Shown here: in pieces, positions 61,043 to 64,000 of the stretch
Layout: every line of letters begins with the position of its first letter
Position numbering within the stretch: the stretch's first letter is position 1
Source: Negaprion brevirostris
Lineage: Eukaryota
Length of the DNA: 64,000 nt
Direction of reading: 5' to 3'
Assembly: GCA_030324005.1 (NCBI GenBank)
Contig: JARDVH010000042.1
Span: 55,218,966 to 55,282,965 of the forward strand
Notes under the pieces: model-generated
The model's database searches: none
Told to the model about the DNA's origin: nothing
The model's input: the letters and a program-made list of their open reading frames with translations, nothing else
Made by a program: the position numbers and the translations under genes

Positions 61043-64000
61043 TATGCCTCTATATCCCATATGCTTTATTAACCACTTTGTTAACCTATCCTGCCACCTT
61101 CAAAGATATGTGCACAAACTCACCCAGATCGCTCTGTTCTTGTACTCTCTTTAAAATGCTATTAATCTTATAATTTGCAATGAAAACATTTTCTGTAGAT
61201 TAGCAAACCCTATTTACCTTGCAATGTAAATCCATTTCCAATACAAACACAACTTCCATTCACCCAGAAAACAACTGACCATCATTAGGGACTTAGCCTT
61301 GGGTTCCAGATTTCTTTTAAGCCATGTAACTTAAAAAGGAACTCCTGGGTCAAAGTTCCATTGCATAGAAAATAAAGATTAGTAATGAGTGGATTTGGCT
61401 TTTGAAACTTTCTCATCTAATTTTTAAAGTTAAAGTTCATGCCGCAACAATTTTGGATGCTGAATATTGCATTGCAGTTCCATGCAAGATGTGTTTTATA
61501 ATTCTGTAAAGCTGTTGATTGAAATCGTGCAAGTTGACAAGAGGACATGTTTTTAATGATATTAATTCACCAGACTTAATTAAGCTTCTGCTTATTTAGA
61601 AAACATTAGACTGAACTACCTAAGAACATAGAACTACAATTCTAAATCTAATTTGGCATATCTAGCCTTGGAACATCATGAAAGTAATCATGATGAATCT
61701 ATCCTGGGGGTATTATGGGGTGTATTGCACTGTTTCACACAAACACTTATTTTTGAAATTCTTCAAAAGTAATAACATCAACTAGTCCTTTTTATCTAAG
61801 TGATTGACTTGGTCAAAGTATTCTTTGATTGTGCATGAAGATATGTTGCTGTGAAATAAAGATTCATAATGTACTGAACTAGTAAAAATAAACACATATC
61901 CAGGAACAGCGACAAGGTCATTTGATGTTTTTCCTCCACTTCAACCCCTCCTACACACCGTCCCCTCAACAATTTTGTCCAAATACAAATCCTGATGATA
62001 GTGCACATTTCCACAAGTGGCAGTGTTCTGATCTTCTCCTAAGAGGCCACTTTTCATCTGTGACCCTAGACAATGGGACTCAGTATGACATGAATGCACA
62101 TCAGGAATTTGGACATGGCCCAAAAGAATGCAAAACACTGCAGGCCACAAATCAGGCATCCAAGTCCAAATTNNNNNNNNNNNNNNNNNNNNNNNNNNNN
62201 NNNCTGAAACTCTGTTCCAAGAGTGCTAAATCATTACATTTATCTCACTGACTATTGGCAGGAAAGTTAATCATCCATCATAGGAAGGGAATTCCTATCG
62301 CAATTTGGCATCTACATACTGGCACTTCCGTGAGGTATCACTGAACAGCAAATCAGGAACAGGAGACCTGGCCAACATTCCTGTCTTTAGCTCAGGGAAG
62401 AAGGACATCAATTGGCTAAAAGCTCCCCTTCTGGATTAGTGTGGCTTTGTGTTACACTGATTGATTCATCATCCACTGGGCCAGTGGAGGGGGGAGCTTG
62501 GGAAATCTTGTAACATTGAGATGTTTCTCTTCAATACATGTTGCACCTTAAAAGCAAGGAATTAAGAAATTAAAGGAATTGCATTTATAATGTACATTTC
62601 ACAATCTCAGGGTATCCAAAAGCACATTTACAGCCAATTAAGTACTTTTGGGAAGCAGTTGCATGTGTATTATGGGTAATTGTTAGATAACTTCAAATTT
62701 AAAAATTCAATAATCTTCAGTAGTCCCCTAAAATTATCACTGAATAAAATGTCCAATGTGTGGCCAATGAGTTCAATTTTTCCTAAAGTTGAGGAATGCT
62801 AGCGTTTAGTTCTATTTTTTTTAAATTAAGGGGGGGTCAGTATTTAGCTAACAGCACTTCTGGGCATTTTTGCACTGGACTGGCAGATTGTAGAGGCTTG
62901 CAGTAAAGAGCTCAACTCTGCAGGACAATGATTCACTTTATTTGAACATGTAACTGTTCTATCAGCTGCTTTACTTTGTACCTACAGATTTACCATTTGT
63001 GGAAAAGGGTTGGAGGATATGGGATTCACAATAAAGGTGGAGTTTCACTAATGCTGATGCATTAAAAAAAGCATGATTCACCAGATATAAGTTTGAACAG
63101 GCTTTGCAATAAAAGCAAAAGCTGCATTTTGTGCAATCCCTCACTGTCTGGGGGGTGGTGGGACCCAGGGAAACATATTACTGCAATGACCTGTTAAGTG
63201 GCTGCCATCAAGACTGCTGTCCTTATTAAATCCCCAATAATTGTCTGCCCAATCAGAGGTAGGGGGGCCATATCTGCAAGAAGAGGGCGATTCAATGGCC
63301 AGGGGCCCTCAAAATGGATAAGAGGGATTGAGGTATGCCAAGGCCAGGTAAACAGGACCCCATGATCAGGAGTGAGGCCTCAAAGTGCACACTGATGCCA
63401 CAGGCAGCAGCCATTGCAGTTTGGATTCTCCTCCGTAGGTCATGGAATACCCAAAAAGTTGCTTCCCTTCCCCATCAGATTTCACTATATGGTTTCCCCA
63501 CATGGTGGTGGGCACCCCAGATGCAAGCAAAATGCCAGCACATGAAGGAAATGGCCCTTAATTGTCTATTTAGATGTCTCAATTGGCTGCCAGATGGGCA
63601 GCTGACCTGTCAATTTCCTACCACTGACAAAACGGCACGGCTATGGAAAGACCTTGGACACCCCCTCCGAACCTGTTCTGTATATTTTGCCAGTCTTCCT
63701 GCCTCCCAGCCTGTTGCCAAAGGGCTAGTAAAAATATCACCTCATAACTTTAAATGACATGATAAGTTATTTTTAAAAAATTACACTATTTTATTCAGAT
63801 AACTTGATATTCTAATTTACATCTTATGTTTAGACTTTATTTCATGAAAATATTTGATTCTCAACGAACTAAAAAAGCATTAGAAAGTATTTTGCTGTAA
63901 ATATATTGGTTAGTGTTAGTTCCAGTTCCTCAGTCAAGGAGAACACTGGCATTCACTAGTGAGTAAGAGACCCTAATTAGACATGCCTGAAATCGTTAAA

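Larger units (their letters stand above)
59490..61160 (-). mobile_element. Decayed CR1 3' portion interrupted by a DNA transposon at 60084-61042
   Basis: agtacagaacagaaacaggccattcagctcatc..caggcagtgcatttcaaatcccaacaactc..ttttgtactcta | tgcctctat..cctgccaccttcaaagat. Confidence 0.7.

Noticed and set aside
59460-64000. Search for the upstream RING exon (CPxCxELF..PLILPCxH)
   Set aside because: No matching peptide found on the minus strand by eye or in the ORF track; probably beyond the window.

Overview
Eukaryotic, repeat-rich genomic DNA from a gapped draft assembly. The repeat content (HE1-type V-SINEs, Deu-domain SINEs, CR1, L2, Rex1/Babar, Penelope-like elements, Harbinger-like MITEs) points to a shark or other cartilaginous fish. 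The window lies inside one minus-strand gene of the C-I TRIM subfamily (TRIM36/TRIM46-like). I reconstructed six internal coding exons with GT-AG boundaries and consistent phases: B-box1 (59030-59355, or 59373 with an alternative acceptor), B-box2 (55834-55980), two coiled-coil exons (55379-55474, 24981-25234), COS (20857-20978) and FN3 (2151-2444). The 96-bp exon and the COS exon are absent from the ORF track. The main RING exon and the SPRY exons were not found and probably lie outside the window. The rest is intronic, mostly decayed and nested transposons. Most notable observations: (1) the protein looks like a TRIM36/TRIM46 intermediate; (2) Penelope-derived elements carry minimal hammerhead-ribozyme cores, two of them close to intact; (3) one SINE head carries two different 3' tails, one matching CR1 and one matching the local Rex1 3' end. 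Exon coordinates were read base by base; repeat boundaries are approximate, and family names and comparisons to human paralogs are from recall, not database searches.
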